Of a stretch of 64,000 nt of DNA, positions 1 through 12,372 are shown piece by piece. Source of the stretch: Fistulifera solaris (Eukaryota); the NCBI GenBank assembly GCA_030295235.1, contig AP026131.1:496001-560000 (forward strand), given 5' to 3'. The notes beneath the pieces were generated by a model. It was not told the DNA's origin, did no database searches, and was given only the letters and a program-made list of their open reading frames with translations. The position numbers were made by a program, and so were the translations under genes. How positions within the stretch are numbered: position 1 is the stretch's first letter; each line of letters opens with the position of its first letter.

Positions 1-337
1 AAATACTTCGCCGGACGGCCTTTGCCATGCTCTCAACGGCGGAGATTTGTAATAAATAATCCTTCCAGTAGCGATGGAGACCGCTAGACATGAGGTCATT
101 CATCACATCGTATGAGTCAGCGACGCTATCAAATACCTCTCGCACCCTGCTTTCTTTCTCATTTACGGCGACTTTCTCATATCCAAAGTGCGTGGAAGAA
201 CCCGAAACGTATGGTTGCGCTTTACTACTGTCGAAGGACGTCGACAAATTCCTTTTGCGCGGAAGTCTACTCGTGGAGGCGCACCACTTCGGCGCACGTT
301 GGAAGACTTGGATTCGTTGAAGTGTCCGAGTCCACAT
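1..337 (-). CDS. COQ5: UbiE/COQ5 family C-methyltransferase, mitochondrial; 5' part only, runs off the window
   Basis: Manual translation from ATG at 337: [18 protein letters not shown]...[46 protein letters not shown]. This is the THFG...YDxMNDxMSxGxHRxWK signature, preceded by an Arg-rich presequence. Confidence 0.93.
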   Translation of the reverse strand, partial: MWTRTLQRIQVFQRAPKWCASTSRLPRKRNLSTSFDSSKAQPYVSGSSTHFGYEKVAVNEKESRVREVFDSVADSYDVMNDLMSSGLHRYWKDYLLQISAVESMAKAVRRSI

Positions 338-1188
338 TTGATAGAGAGTTCAATGTTAGCATTTGCTACTTGTTGTAACTTATTCGTTTCGTTTTGCTTT
401 TGCGGCCACGGTCGTCGCCGTCAGGCAGCGCGACAAATTAAGTGTCACAGTGGTTTAGTATTTCTATCTTTGATTACCGTTCACGTTCACTAGTCACTAT
501 TAGACCTATACAACAACAAAATCACGATTCATGACTGAAAATGCAGTCGTGGATCGTTATGGTGATTTTTAAAAATTAAAAGTAAGACGCAATTCATTCC
601 GTGTTGTATCAACGGCCTCATCGTACTGAAAAATTAGACGCAAAAAACAAAGTCATCTTCTCTTTGTTCGCATCTCGTTTGTATCGATAGTTGCTAATGA
701 TCATTGTCTTTTAATCGTGACGGGAGGTGTGCTAAATATTGGTCGGTTACTCCGCTTATAATCAGCGTGGGTCGCGTCGAATGTGAATATTCGCAAAGAA
801 ACTCGGCGTTACGAGTTCCGCGTTTTTCATTTAATTATGCCGATCAGGAAGTCCTGGTTCGTGCTTCGTATTGACACTGCTCTTTAATTTACCTACTCCT
901 TCATTCGCTTTCTTAAGGGGGATTCAGTCGTAGCCGAGAAGCCAGCAAATTGTTTCTATGCTTCCGTGTCCGACGTGACCTATTTTGCAGAAGATGTGTC
1001 AATTAACGCAGTTATGCCTACCGTTGCCGGGATTGAAGAACTAGGAATCATCGTCTAGAGGGAATAGATACTTTTCTAGCGGAGTGGCAGCGGGCCAAGA
1101 TTCCAATCCTCCTAACCAACAAATATTCAATACTCCGAATCTCCGGACATCAGGTCTAGTAGTTGTTCCTTTTGAAAAAAAAGGGAAG

Positions 1189-1257
1189 GACGTTAAAATT
1201 CTGCCTCTCAGTACAAGTTTCTACGTGGAGCCTACGCCGAGGCAGAATTTTAACGTC
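1189..1257. repeat. Perfect 19-bp inverted repeat with a 31-nt spacer (69-bp hairpin)
   Basis: GACGTTAAAATTCTGCCTC (1189-1207) and GAGGCAGAATTTTAACGTC (1239-1257) are exact reverse complements. Confidence 0.9.
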
Positions 1258-1501
1258 GTCTCCGCAAGATTGGCAAAATAAATAAGAACGCCTCGTCGAA
1301 CACGGAAATAGTGTGTCACCCGTTTCTTCGTCAGCAACGGTACATTTCTACGTAAAAAGGTGCCGGAAAACGAACCCACAAAAACAAAAACTCCTCCCAA
1401 CGCTGACATCTTCACACTTTTTCCACCAAACAAATACAAAAGTCTGCTGCCTGGGCGAAAAAGACGTTATTATCTATATCATTTTACCAGAAATACTAAC
1501 C

Positions 1502-2326
1502 ATGAGCTCCGTTCTTGTTCAAAGTGAACCCCAGGAGCTTGATTTCGATGAGCGCGTGGAGCCTGTTTTGAATTTGACGCTCAGTTGGGAGCGATCGGCC
1601 GAGACGCAAATTCGACAGTTGCTGGGAAATCACGTGGATACGAAGCCCACGAGACCGCTAATGATCGCAATTGTGGGTATTCCTGGATCGGGCAAGAGCA
1701 CATGCTCGAATGCTCTGCGCTGTTTCCTCGAAGATAGTGGTTGTCTCGTACTTCCTCATGTAAGTTCTTTGCGGCAACCTTTATCAGTTTGATCTCTCCA
1801 TTAGGTGACAACATCTCACGATAATCGCTTTTAAACTGCTGTAGGATGGATACCATTACACAATCGAGCAACTGAAAACGTTTGAAAATGCCGATGACGC
1901 CATTTACCGACGAGGTGCACCTGACACGTTTGACACCACGGCTTTGTTACGAGACCTATGTCGCATTCGCGAAGGCGCTGAAGAGACGATTCGGTTACCT
2001 GGATTCGAACATTCGGTTGGCGATCCCATTGCAGATATGCACGAATTCCGACGGAACGAGCATCGCATCGTAATCTGCGAAGGACTCTATTTACTGCACG
2101 ACGAAGATGGATGGGAAGAGATGGCTAACTTTTTGACTATACTGTTTTTGTTGATGCAGATGTCGATAAGTGCATGGAACGTTTAAAGATCCGCAATTGT
2201 TGCATTCCCGGTTATACTCCAGATGAAATCTTTCGTCGTGTTGACGCAGTCGACCGTTTGAACGCATTGACAGTCGACAAGAGTCGCCGACGTGCGCACG
2301 AAGTATTCCGTTCAGCTGCCTTTTAA
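1502..2326 (+). CDS. P-loop kinase of the uridine/pantothenate kinase-like (YggC/FrcK-type) group; intron 1760-1844; one missing T at about 2130-2134
   Basis: IAIVGIPGSGKST Walker A, then after the GT-AG intron HDGYHY...RRGAPDTFD...IVICEGLYLL. Restoring one T gives FFDYTVFVDADVDKCMERLKIRN...AAF* (TAA 2324-2326). Confidence 0.88.
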
Positions 2327-2834
2327 AGCGCTTCAATCTATGTCATTTTTTAGAAAATACCATACTAGATCATGTTTTGCAACACTCAAGAGCCCATGCG
2401 CTCATACTTAATCAGCGTCATCAATTTTTCTTGTCAAAACGAATGATGAGCTGTGTGATAATCAAAGCCATGGGCCGTGACAGTGACCACTAGAGACATC
2501 TTAGCCATGTTCTTGATTGCATTAATAAGTCTATAACGTAACATTTAGTTTGATTAATTCGTGATTGACGGCTAGCCATAGCTAGAGGTGCGTGTCCGGG
2601 TTCCTTTCGACGACACGTCACACGACGGCGTCACAAACAATAAAAATTTTTGCGTTATTGACGTGCTGCGTTCGTTCATTACGCACCTTTTCATTATTAT
2701 TTTAGAAGAGAAGGAAGCATATGACCAAGTCCTCGCAAGCTTTGGAAAGGTTATGTTGTGAGCTATTCTTTTGAGTTATTCGTTCTTCTTTTGCGCCTAT
2801 TCTTTGTCGCAGCCATTAAAGTGTAGCGAACAGC

Positions 2835-3416
2835 ATGAAAGCCGAGCTCGTTTCTTTCTTCGTTCTCAGCGCGACCGCACTTGCCCCATTGACGGAAGGA
2901 TTTAATCTCGTCTTTATGGGAACACGTCGAGGAAAAGGCAATCTGAACCGACAACTATCGGAAGAGAATGGAAATGTGAATCGAGTCGCCTCAATAAACA
3001 AAGGGAAAGGTCAGGAAATCACCGGCGTCACTTTGCCAGCGAGTGGCAATATCAAAGGGTGGGAATTCGGCGAAGCAACGAAAATGGCGTGTGCCAATGT
3101 GAACGGCCAATTCTATGCCATTCAGGGCGACTGTCCGCGCTGTGGTTTCGATCTCTGGAAAGGTGACCTTATCAACGATGACGCTTTTGAAGACATTCCT
3201 CGGATTGCCTGTCCAACTTGCTCTACGACATTTGGGCTAAGAAGTGGCAAGCCTGGACCTCCTTTGAAGCGCAGTGGCTTACAAAGCTTTGTAGCAGGAC
3301 TTGCCAAGTCAGCTACATCCGAGAAATCCGCAAATGATGCACAAACGTATCAGATCACCCGCGATGAAGATGGGAGAGTGTATTGTCGAGAGAGAAATAA
3401 ACGACAACTAAATTAA
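2835..3416 (+). CDS. Rieske-ferredoxin-like protein with four Cys ligands; probably plastid-targeted
   Basis: Signal peptide ending TEG|F; GQFYAIQGDCPRCGFDL and RIACPTCSTTFGL sit at the two Rieske box positions; C-terminal YQITRDEDGRVY is typical of Rieske ferredoxins. Confidence 0.7.
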   Translation: MKAELVSFFVLSATALAPLTEGFNLVFMGTRRGKGNLNRQLSEENGNVNRVASINKGKGQEITGVTLPASGNIKGWEFGEATKMACANVNGQFYAIQGDCPRCGFDLWKGDLINDDAFEDIPRIACPTCSTTFGLRSGKPGPPLKRSGLQSFVAGLAKSATSEKSANDAQTYQITRDEDGRVYCRERNKRQLN

Positions 3417-3425
3417 AGCTTACGA

Positions 3426-4730
3426 TTAATTCTTCTTAGGTTTGCTTTTCTTTTCTTCATTTCGTTTTTGAATCTTCTTTGCTTTCGAAACAAGCTTTCT
3501 GGCTTTTTCAAGATCACCAGCTCCAATTATCTCAGAGCGCTTAAACTGTTTGTCCGCTTTGGGTTTGGATAATCCATCTTCGTGTTTTCGCTTCTTGGTT
3601 TCTTTGACGTCCCCGTCGACGCCATCATCGCCATTTTCGGTATAAGAGTACGCAACTAGACAGGTAATCCGAGCTCCAGTTCCAAGTTGTGTGCTGTCAA
3701 CTATTTCGACAGCCAACTCTTCGACGTCCGAATCGCTATCATCACGACCATCGTCACTCTCTTCTTCACTATCTTCTTCGCGATGATTTACCGAAGCATT
3801 TTTACTAGCAAGCTTATCTTGCTCGATCATATTCACCGAACCTCGCAGGTTCATGAGACTTATTACTCCGGCACTGGTTGCTGTCACCACATGGTAGTCT
3901 TGAACCGCTTGTATGCATTTGAATCGTTCTTCTCCAGCAACCGGTCCTTCCACGGCTTCAATTGCCATCACAGCAAATCGCTCTTGTTCATTTGGATCGA
4001 CGCTTTTAGGTACGTCTAAAACCGGCAAGGAACCGTCGTTGCACGCGGCTACAAGGAACATACCGTCATCGCCTTCGATAAAACACACCTGATTGACTCT
4101 TGACGGCAATTCAATATCTAGCAAATCCGAACCGCTGGCTACATCTCTGACCGTAACATGAGATCCGTAACCGAATCCGTACGACGAACCGTCACTCGCC
4201 CATACAACTGTGTCAATCGACTCCTTGGATGCAATTTTGGTCGCGAACGCCAATCGACCTCGGGTCAAATCCCACAACTTGAGCTTTCCATCGCGAGACC
4301 CTCCCGTCAAAGCCATTTTTCCAGTGGGATGCACCGCTATGCTGGATACTCCGCCCTCGTGTCCTTTCAATACATGCTGTACGCTCCAATCGCGTTTCTT
4401 GTAGATCACAATTTGACCTTCCGAAAAACCGACCAGACAATGATTTTGAGCAAAACTCGAACAACACGGCGTTCCGTATTCCGACGGAGTCCGAACTTCT
4501 CCAGTGTCAGTTTGTCGCTTCGCAAAATTGTGAGTCTTTATAACTTCATCGTAACCACAAGAAACTACCGTGTGCTGAGTGTCTTGATGAGCGACGCTGC
4601 GAATGCTTCCGATGTGACTGGGGGACGCGAACACAATCTCGAATTTGTTCTTCGTCGTGTTTAACTCCCACCCGGCGAGGACTCCATCATAGGTACCTGC
4701 GGCAACGACTACACGAAACGAGTCTGTCAT
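3426..4730 (-). CDS. WD40 protein, MAK11/PAK1IP1-like (60S biogenesis)
   Basis: N-terminal VVAAGTYDG..LAG, WD repeats (LKGHEGGVSSIAVHPTGKMALT..DGKLKLWDL), ARITCL motif and Lys-rich tail. Likely start is ATG 4730. Confidence 0.85.
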   Translation of the reverse strand: MTDSFRVVVAAGTYDGVLAGWELNTTKNKFEIVFASPSHIGSIRSVAHQDTQHTVVSCGYDEVIKTHNFAKRQTDTGEVRTPSEYGTPCCSSFAQNHCLVGFSEGQIVIYKKRDWSVQHVLKGHEGGVSSIAVHPTGKMALTGGSRDGKLKLWDLTRGRLAFATKIASKESIDTVVWASDGSSYGFGYGSHVTVRDVASGSDLLDIELPSRVNQVCFIEGDDGMFLVAACNDGSLPVLDVPKSVDPNEQERFAVMAIEAVEGPVAGEERFKCIQAVQDYHVVTATSAGVISLMNLRGSVNMIEQDKLASKNASVNHREEDSEEESDDGRDDSDSDVEELAVEIVDSTQLGTGARITCLVAYSYTENGDDGVDGDVKETKKRKHEDGLSKPKADKQFKRSEIIGAGDLEKARKLVSKAKKIQKRNEEKKSKPKKN

Positions 4731-5581
4731 GGTATTTTTGATAATGCTAATTACAAGTATTGAGGTTCTGGGTAGAAAAGAACAAGAAAAAAGGAATGGA
4801 ATGCGAGGAAGGACGCGAGATTGGATTTTTGGATGGCAGGGAAACACGATGACGTACAGACGGTAAATCCCTAACCTTACTGTAGTATTACTTGTCGCTT
4901 GTCACTTCGTCGTGTCGATGAACCCAAACTTTAACAAACAATCGTCAACGCGATTCTACGCAAACTTTCGTTGCTTGCATTAGTAGTAGCGCTGAGGATT
5001 ATAGTTGCGAGAAATGCAATCGTAATTCATTTAGTTAGTATGACGAAGGGAAATGATGCAGCAGTCTTTTGCTCGAGAAACCTTGACTCATGACTGGATT
5101 GCAGTCGTGGAATAGATAAATTAACACTTTGGGCCATAGTGAACTCTCAAAACATTATTTTCAGAGCTTTCGGTGCGAAAAGTCAATATTTGCATTATAA
5201 ACAGAAATGATGCATCATGCTAGTACAAGCATTTCAAGTGAAACAATGGATGAGCAGAATAGTCGTGGCTGTGGCAGCAACCTGTCTCCAAACTCTCGGT
5301 TCGTGACTGGATTGGTCCTGACAAATTAAGTGGAGGACGCTTTCGTCTAGACTAATCTCTATTTGCTAAAACCATTAAATTCATTTTTAGGAAAAGTACC
5401 ATCTCATCAGTATCCACGAGTCTTAAGCTTGACTTTGACTGACGTAGTAGTTCGCTGCGCGGAAGCGAAAAAGGAAAACATCTCATAAGAGGACACTTGC
5501 GCCCCGAATGGTTACATGACCCAGGTCAATAGTCCATGACTAGAATAATGTCAAGAAAGCTCTATTTAGAAATGAATTCAG

Positions 5582-6073
5582 TTAGGCACGGGGGCTGCAC
5601 GCTGTATTGTTCTCTGTCTTCTGCTCAATATGCTCTAAAAATTTTCCATTGAAAGTGATAACAACTCTTTTTTCGCCATTCTTTCCAATTACTGTCCCAA
5701 CGTCCACGTAAAAGTCTATAGCGGACATGATTCCATCACCACACTGTTCGTTAATAATCGTTTTGATGGCCTCGCCGTAATGGGTGACAGCTTCATAAGT
5801 TCGGTACACGTTCGGTTCTTTCAAGATTTCATCGTTAAAAGTTCTCATCGGGAAGTCATTTTGCATTGACTCCAAGTCTGCAGCCGTGATAGCAGGTAAG
5901 GCCGCGCTCAGTTTTGCTGCAGTATCTTTTCTTAGCTTGGCCTGTCCCAAGAGTAGTTGAGCACAATAAGCGTTCGTCACTCCAAGCTTGGAGGCAAGAT
6001 CATCGTAGCTCAAACCAGACGCAGCCTTTGCGGCTAAAACGCGCTCTACTCTTTCGACAGTTGATGCACGCAT
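5582..6073 (-). CDS. cynS: Cyanate hydratase (cyanase)
   Basis: N-terminal HTH-like region, then EPNVYRTYEAVTHYGEAIKTIINEQCGDGIMSAIDF...RVVITFNGKFL. Likely start is ATG 6073. Confidence 0.95.
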   Translation of the reverse strand: MRASTVERVERVLAAKAASGLSYDDLASKLGVTNAYCAQLLLGQAKLRKDTAAKLSAALPAITAADLESMQNDFPMRTFNDEILKEPNVYRTYEAVTHYGEAIKTIINEQCGDGIMSAIDFYVDVGTVIGKNGEKRVVITFNGKFLEHIEQKTENNTACSPRA

Positions 6074-6382
6074 GGTTTTCGTTTCAATACAATTGAGATG
6101 AACCGAGTGAAATTTGTGAGAGCAACGCAAATTTGACAAGATCGGAATGTTGTCGAATTCTTTCGTTTCGTCTCTGTGACGTATGTATGCGCAATGTGTG
6201 CCGGGTGCCGGCACTTGCACTTGAAGCACATTACAGGGTAATTTTTGCCGGCAGCACGACGCACGACAGAAGAAACGGTACTGGTAACCATAGTTTTCCA
6301 TAGCCTTAGCTTGTGCCCTTGGCTTACATGCAAACGCATAGCAACACGATGTTTGATGGCTCTAGGAAAATATAGAAAGGTT

Positions 6383-9262
6383 TCAAATGTTAACTGCCGA
6401 CATTTTTTGGCGGAAAAAGGTGAAAAGCTTTTGCCCAGTGACTGGTCCGGCGACTCGTCGCAATTCATCTCGAGACATGTCACACAATTCTGCTAGACAG
6501 TCGCAGTTCTGCATGATTTTCCGCGCAGAGTGAATATTTACACCAGGCAAACGCAGCAGCATATCTCGGGCAACTTCATTGATCTCATCGCTCTCGCTAC
6601 TGGATTCGAAGAGTGAATCTTCTAGTTCGTTGCGACCGATTTCCATCGCTCGATCGACATCTACTTCATCGTGGTTTTTCTTCAAATCTTTGAATATTTT
6701 CAGGGTATCATGGGGACTTTTCGACCACAAGATGCGGAGCTGAGGAAAGTGCATCGTCAACAGGCAAATCTTTGAGCAAACAGAGTCGGTTCTGATCTCA
6801 ACCCCAATTTCACTAGCATTCTGAAGACTGAAGGATTTTGCAGGATCAAACTCGATCAGTAAACATGGAACCTTGTAGTACTTGACCATGGATTCCACCT
6901 GGGTGTACAACCGTCCGCTGGCGAAGCTTCCAAAAAGATCGCTGATACTTTTCCGTTCAACACAATGAACACTGCTCAATACAAAATCACCAACAATTAG
7001 TGTAACGGGAGCTAGTCGCATCCCGCCTTGGTGCAAAATCGACGGTAACACAGACCGAAATTCTCTTACATCGACGGCAATATCTCTCTTTTCTTCGTTT
7101 GCTTTACGGCCCTTACGACTGTCGAAGGCGAGCGGTAAGCTCCCTCCCATGTAGGACCCACCAAGAGACCCCCGAGCTAATGCGTGCTGCATTTCCTGAG
7201 TAGTCGTTGCGCAGTGCAATGCAGGTGGTGACATCATTTTCTTGTGATTGATAAGACGCTCAAACGTGTTCTGTTCTCTTTCAAGAGATTTCATAAATAT
7301 CTTGTCTTCTGCACTCGCCTGAAACATCAAGAAGTATACCTCGATTTGCACATCTGCCATGGCAGCGTAAATCTCAACAGCACGAACAAACGTAATGTCC
7401 GTGTTAAAAAATAGTACGTATCGCGGCGACAAATCTTGCAGCAACAATGACGCCTGATCCAAGCTGGCATAACTTTTCAAAACAATTCGAAGTTCGTCTG
7501 GAAAAGAAACCGTGAAATGATCTTCTTGTGTATTCAAAGGTGATGCTTCGTAGTCTAGGTCATTTGAATCGTCATGTTCTGCCAAATCAACTGCCTCGTC
7601 CAATACGGCGTTCCGCTCAAGATCTTCCGTCTGCATTGTAGCCTCACCGCGAGCCTTTTCTCGAGTGATACGACGCCTCTTTCGTACAAAAATCCGGAAT
7701 ATGATTGATGGGAGCATTTTGACGACGCTTTCGCTTCGACTGGTCTCCAAATAAAATGCGGCGACAACGACTTTCTTCTTCCAGTAAAACACGACTTTCT
7801 TCCGACAAGGTCTCTACTCCACCGTTCACCGTTATGGAGCGACTTCGATCATTTTGCTGTTCTAGAAATCTCAGCCAGCGAAACAAAAGGGCTCGGTTTC
7901 CCTGAACGAGATAATCCTTCACCGCAGCCAGAGTTCTATCATCTTTGACAAGAATCAAGACATTCGTTGGACCAGCCGCTCTTTCAGCAGCTTCTTTCTC
8001 GAACTTCTCCTGTATTTCCGACAAGATTGTGCGAAGCAAACGCCATTTAGGACTCTCCTCCAACACCGGCTGACACTTCAAGACAGGATTCGGCACTTGC
8101 TTCGTCGGAAGAGGTCGGTGGAGCTTAAACAATCTCTCTTTCGCTTTTCGAAACAAGACGTCCGCGGCTGGCGTCAGTAGCCACATAGACGGGTGTCTCG
8201 ATGCCGCACTCATGCTTTGAATGCTCAGTAAGAGCTTGTAGAAGCTGACGCAATCGTAGGTGAGTAGATTTTGGAATAAAGTTCTCAACGTTCGAAGATC
8301 TTGTATGAGTTGCTTCGTCTCCGGTGATAAACGATGCCAATCATGCTCCAAATTTCTCGACAGCGCCTGATCCAAAGGATTTGTGACAAGGTTCTCTACG
8401 GTAAATTGCTCTCCGTCCAGCAGCAACGTGAGATTGGCCAGTGCTTTGGATTCTTTGAGTTTTCGAATGACCGTCTGCAACGCCACAGCAATCGCTTGTT
8501 GCATCTCTTTTTGCAGCGGAGACAATTCCTGATGCAACTCAATGACTTTTGGTGGATTTCGACCCTCCAACTCCTCTCGTATAGCATCATGGAAACGTGG
8601 ATACAAGTAGAGTCGTTGTACATGGAGGGCCTTGAGAATTTTGTCGACCTTACTGAAGCCGGACATGACTTGCTCGGGCGATTCGGATATCGCTTTGACA
8701 AAAGCTGCCCCATTGCTGTTGCTGGAAGACGCCTGAAATTGCCGTTGTGACTGAATAATCCGAATAATGAAAGCTTCCGTGGATGTTTCGGTTACTTGCT
8801 CCGCGTGTGCTACCAATAAGCCATCGATTTGCATGGAATCAATCGTGGCCGTCAGTAGATCCACAATCAAAATTCGACTAGTAATCACAAAGACACCCCC
8901 TTGCTGATACAAAGCAGCCCTTTCTTTGCTCTGTCCTGCTTCATTGGTTAAAATGGTGGGCAAGATTTCGGGCGGCGTCCCCCAGCTGGTCAAAAAAATC
9001 CAAAAGAGTCGTGCGCTCCCGCTTCGCGATGCAGTCCCAGTACAAGCACGAGAGGCGGTTTCCCATCTTTCTTCTTGGTTTCCTCTTCTGCATAATGTCC
9101 CTCTTCTGGATCGGCATAAAACCGCACCAACGACGCCAGCAGCATATCCGACTGCAAACCCTTTCCCAGCACGACAAGCCCGTCTTCATCGTACAATTGA
9201 CCAAAGATTTCAGCAAGATACGAAGGAAGAAGACCTTGCGGCACAAAGGCTTTGTCTTCCAT
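6383..9262 (-). CDS. ERCC4: XPF/ERCC4/Rad1 structure-specific endonuclease; three homopolymer frameshifts (about 9018-9020, 8992-8998, 7688-7692)
   Basis: DGLVVLGKGL N-terminus, ITSRILIVDLL, LYPRFH, LEESPKW, VDVREFRSVLP, GDFVLS..CVERKSISDL nuclease motif and C-terminal HhH (LLRLPGVN). The fragments join on removing single bases in G/T runs. Confidence 0.95.
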
Positions 9263-9727
9263 GTCTATTGGATGCAACAATACATGAATAAATGATTGAT
9301 TATAACGTTTGTTGTTGACCCAAGTGCTCCGCTTTCTTGGAAGGAAGTGCTGCAAATGGAAAAAAAGCGGGTTCGAGGAGAAAATGAAAATGTCACAATG
9401 TCGCAGTTGATGTCTTACCGAATACAGTAGATATATCTAAAACGTGTTACGAACGAAGGATGGACGAAGAGATTTCCACGAGACTACTGTCAATCCTACA
9501 GTGCGCTTCCATTCTCAACGGTTTCGTTCAAAAATTCCCACCGTCCCCGCGTGTCAATCCAAAACCATGAAAATCATCATGATATTATAACGAATGAAAA
9601 CAATACAGCGTGTTCTAACAGTATCATTAAAGCGAAATAGTTTCGCCTATCCTTAAGCTTCATCACGTAGTTGAGTGATCCGGGCAGCCCGAAGAAGTAG
9701 ACGAACAATTCAGTAACATTGTTTAGC

Positions 9728-12190
9728 ATGACGAATCTCGAGAAATCGGTGGCGGATCACATAGAGTGTGGTAATGATGCACTCGTTATAAACACAGAAG
9801 AACAGCATGCATTGCCTGATATCGTCGCTGCAGATGAACAGCAGCAAATAGACGCATTAGAAAAACAGCTCGCAGTACAGTCCCTTAAAAACGAAACTTC
9901 TCCGGTAGTGACGAAAGAAATAAGCGACGGCAACGACAGCTTCAATCAAATAGAGATGGGCAGTAATCACTCGGGTTCCTCTTTCTCCGCAGCCGGAGAT
10001 CAGTTGGTGTTTAGTGACACGGAAACATCCAACCAAACGAGCTTATACACACCCTACAAACTCCAGTCGATCACTACTTCATGTTTTACGGCAGGGATCG
10101 AGGAAGATGATATCATGGAAAATGAAGATGCCCGATTTGCAGCTCTCAGTTTTGTTGCGGAACATCGAATATTTATGAAAGCTGCCTTGATGTTATTGAA
10201 TGAAAGAGACAAGAAAGCGCCACAATTGGGAATGTTAGATCCCATTATCATCAAAGCCGGTCCACTCAAGAAAGCCGCGCACTTGGTCAATGGCGTGTGG
10301 AAAGTTAAATACGTAGAAATTCGTCGAGGTATGTTCTCGTACTACGAAAATGCCGTCTCACGAGATTCGACGGGAGAAGAGGAATTGATGCGCAAAGACA
10401 TTCCCCTCGAAGCATCTTCGTGTACTTGTCGACCTGTCAAGTTGCATCAAAAGGCGTTCAATTTTACTCCGCTGGGGGCTTTGTTTGAGTTAAGTGTCAA
10501 CGGATCGAAACGACTCTGGATGGCGAATTCGCGTGACGAGAGACATACATGGATGCACGCTATCCAGCATGCGATAGTGGGCGGGTCCGTGACCCGTGGT
10601 GATTCTATTTTGGACGGTTCCGGGGACAACAAGAAAGGTATCGACCCTCGGTCTCCGTTCCGAGACGACTTGAGACTGTTTGCGAAGTCACAAAGCAAAA
10701 TGAGAAACGCTAGATCTATGCAAGATTATATTGCTGAATTACGGGGTATTTTAAATCATTCTTTGGAAGTCCCGATCAAATGGATTGCCCGACAAGCGAT
10801 CATATCTGGAGGTGATGAAATGGAGGGTGCTTTTCGCGAAGAAACGATTGATTTATCCGTCGACCAATTGTGGCGTGATCAGCAAAGAGACTCTATCAAG
10901 ATCGATGGAGTTGTGTATCAAGGAGATGTAGGCCATGGACCAGAGCGTATCACTGCCGCTTTGCTTCGACGCATCCTTGATGTAAGCCAAACGGGAGACG
11001 CCGCTCGGTCGCTGAGCGAATCACAAGCACTCGCTCTTGCTCGTGATGCTCTTTTAGCCGGAAACAGGACTCGTACTGGTGGAGATTCTTACTTTTGTAT
11101 CAAGTCGCTTTGCAAGAATGATAACTTGGTAGTGATCGTTCCGAAAGCGGGTGAAGTCGAACCAACATCGCTGGAAGTTTGCGAGGATAATTCCGACAAT
11201 TCGCTACACAGTCGACTCGACAGCAAGAAAGGATGGATCAAAACAAGGAACTTGTTAAGCCGTAGTTGGAAGCGACGATTCTTTGTTTTATCAGAGGGAA
11301 CCCTGAGCTATTACGAAGGGGCTCTACCGCGACCACATGGATTGAAAGGACAGATGTTTATGAAAGACGCTACAATTGCTCTCAAGCATAGAGATCACAA
11401 AAATGAATTGGTGCTATCGATCACTGTAAACGAAGGGACTCCTACACTTCGCGAAACTCTTCTATTATTTGAATCGAAGAACGTGCTGATTGATTGGATT
11501 TATGCTTTGGAATGTACTGCTCGCTCAAAGTATGTCACTCACCAACGAAGAAAGTCTCGGCGGAGAACCAGTCTCAAGATTCCTCACGAAGAGCTCGAAG
11601 CTTCTTGTACGGACATAGCTACGTCAGCAAAGGACGCTACGTTCAACCACCTTAAAGTGCTCGGGATTGGCGAAGAGCAGATCATCAGTCGTGTGGATCG
11701 AATATCGCGCCGAACTAGCGCAGCGCTGAAGATAACAGTCAAGGCTTGGACGGAGTACAAAATTTGTACGGTTGATCCTGAAGGAGACGAGTCTTTAGAC
11801 ACTTGGGCCACTGTGCGGACTGATTTCTTGCAGGAGCTTAAAATGACAGGTGGTCCTAACGGTCGAATCACTCGCGGGGAAGAAACAGTTAGGGTTTCCG
11901 TACTTGACTGCATTGGCGGATCATCAGAGCCTGCGGCTGCCTCTCCCAAACGTTCCAAAAGCCTCAGACTATTTTTAAGGACCAACGGAAGCAACGAGGA
12001 ATCAAATAGTTTGGAGTTTGTGCGCGCCAAGGACGTCCTTGCTCTTCCATCTCCAGCGTCTGAGCTTTCGGATGCTCAAACGTCACCAACAGGTCGGAAT
12101 TCTCACCCAATCTCATCAACAAAGATTGGAGCCGGCGAAGTAGGCCATCTTCTTCCGTCGGCACCTAGTATCGACGAAGAGGAGGAGTAA
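9728..12190 (+). CDS. Protein with two PH domains
   Basis: IKAGPLKK...WKVKYVEIRRGMFSYY...ERHTWMHAI and KKGWIKTR...WKRRFFVLSEGTLSYY...LIDWIYAL; long uninterrupted ORF. Confidence 0.85.
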   Translation: MTNLEKSVADHIECGNDALVINTEEQHALPDIVAADEQQQIDALEKQLAVQSLKNETSPVVTKEISDGNDSFNQIEMGSNHSGSSFSAAGDQLVFSDTETSNQTSLYTPYKLQSITTSCFTAGIEEDDIMENEDARFAALSFVAEHRIFMKAALMLLNERDKKAPQLGMLDPIIIKAGPLKKAAHLVNGVWKVKYVEIRRGMFSYYENAVSRDSTGEEELMRKDIPLEASSCTCRPVKLHQKAFNFTPLGALFELSVNGSKRLWMANSRDERHTWMHAIQHAIVGGSVTRGDSILDGSGDNKKGIDPRSPFRDDLRLFAKSQSKMRNARSMQDYIAELRGILNHSLEVPIKWIARQAIISGGDEMEGAFREETIDLSVDQLWRDQQRDSIKIDGVVYQGDVGHGPERITAALLRRILDVSQTGDAARSLSESQALALARDALLAGNRTRTGGDSYFCIKSLCKNDNLVVIVPKAGEVEPTSLEVCEDNSDNSLHSRLDSKKGWIKTRNLLSRSWKRRFFVLSEGTLSYYEGALPRPHGLKGQMFMKDATIALKHRDHKNELVLSITVNEGTPTLRETLLLFESKNVLIDWIYALECTARSKYVTHQRRKSRRRTSLKIPHEELEASCTDIATSAKDATFNHLKVLGIGEEQIISRVDRISRRTSAALKITVKAWTEYKICTVDPEGDESLDTWATVRTDFLQELKMTGGPNGRITRGEETVRVSVLDCIGGSSEPAAASPKRSKSLRLFLRTNGSNEESNSLEFVRAKDVLALPSPASELSDAQTSPTGRNSHPISSTKIGAGEVGHLLPSAPSIDEEEE

Positions 12191-12372
12191 GTCAGTCAAT
12201 CAATCTTTCAGCTCCTACCTCCTACCACTAGAAGATTTTTTTTCGGCATCACTCGTACCGCAGTCATGTGTTTCGGGAAATAAAGACTCAATATCTCGTG
12301 TAAAAATGAGATTTAAAAGCAGCGTGAACGTGACAGCTTGACAAGCCATAGCACCTCATTGTAGATCCGACG

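Noticed and set aside
840..1175. Possible RNase P/MRP or telomerase RNA (GGAAGTCCTGG...CAGGTCTAG, CCTAACC, T-run)
   Set aside because: P4 pairing is imperfect, no P1 helix was found and the template-like match is only 7 nt. An Infernal/Rfam search would be needed.
6383..9262. XPF, MPP-beta, FKBP and others as pseudogenes or programmed frameshifts
   Set aside because: All breaks are single-base changes in homopolymers, in both directions, in otherwise intact conserved genes; sequencing error is more parsimonious.
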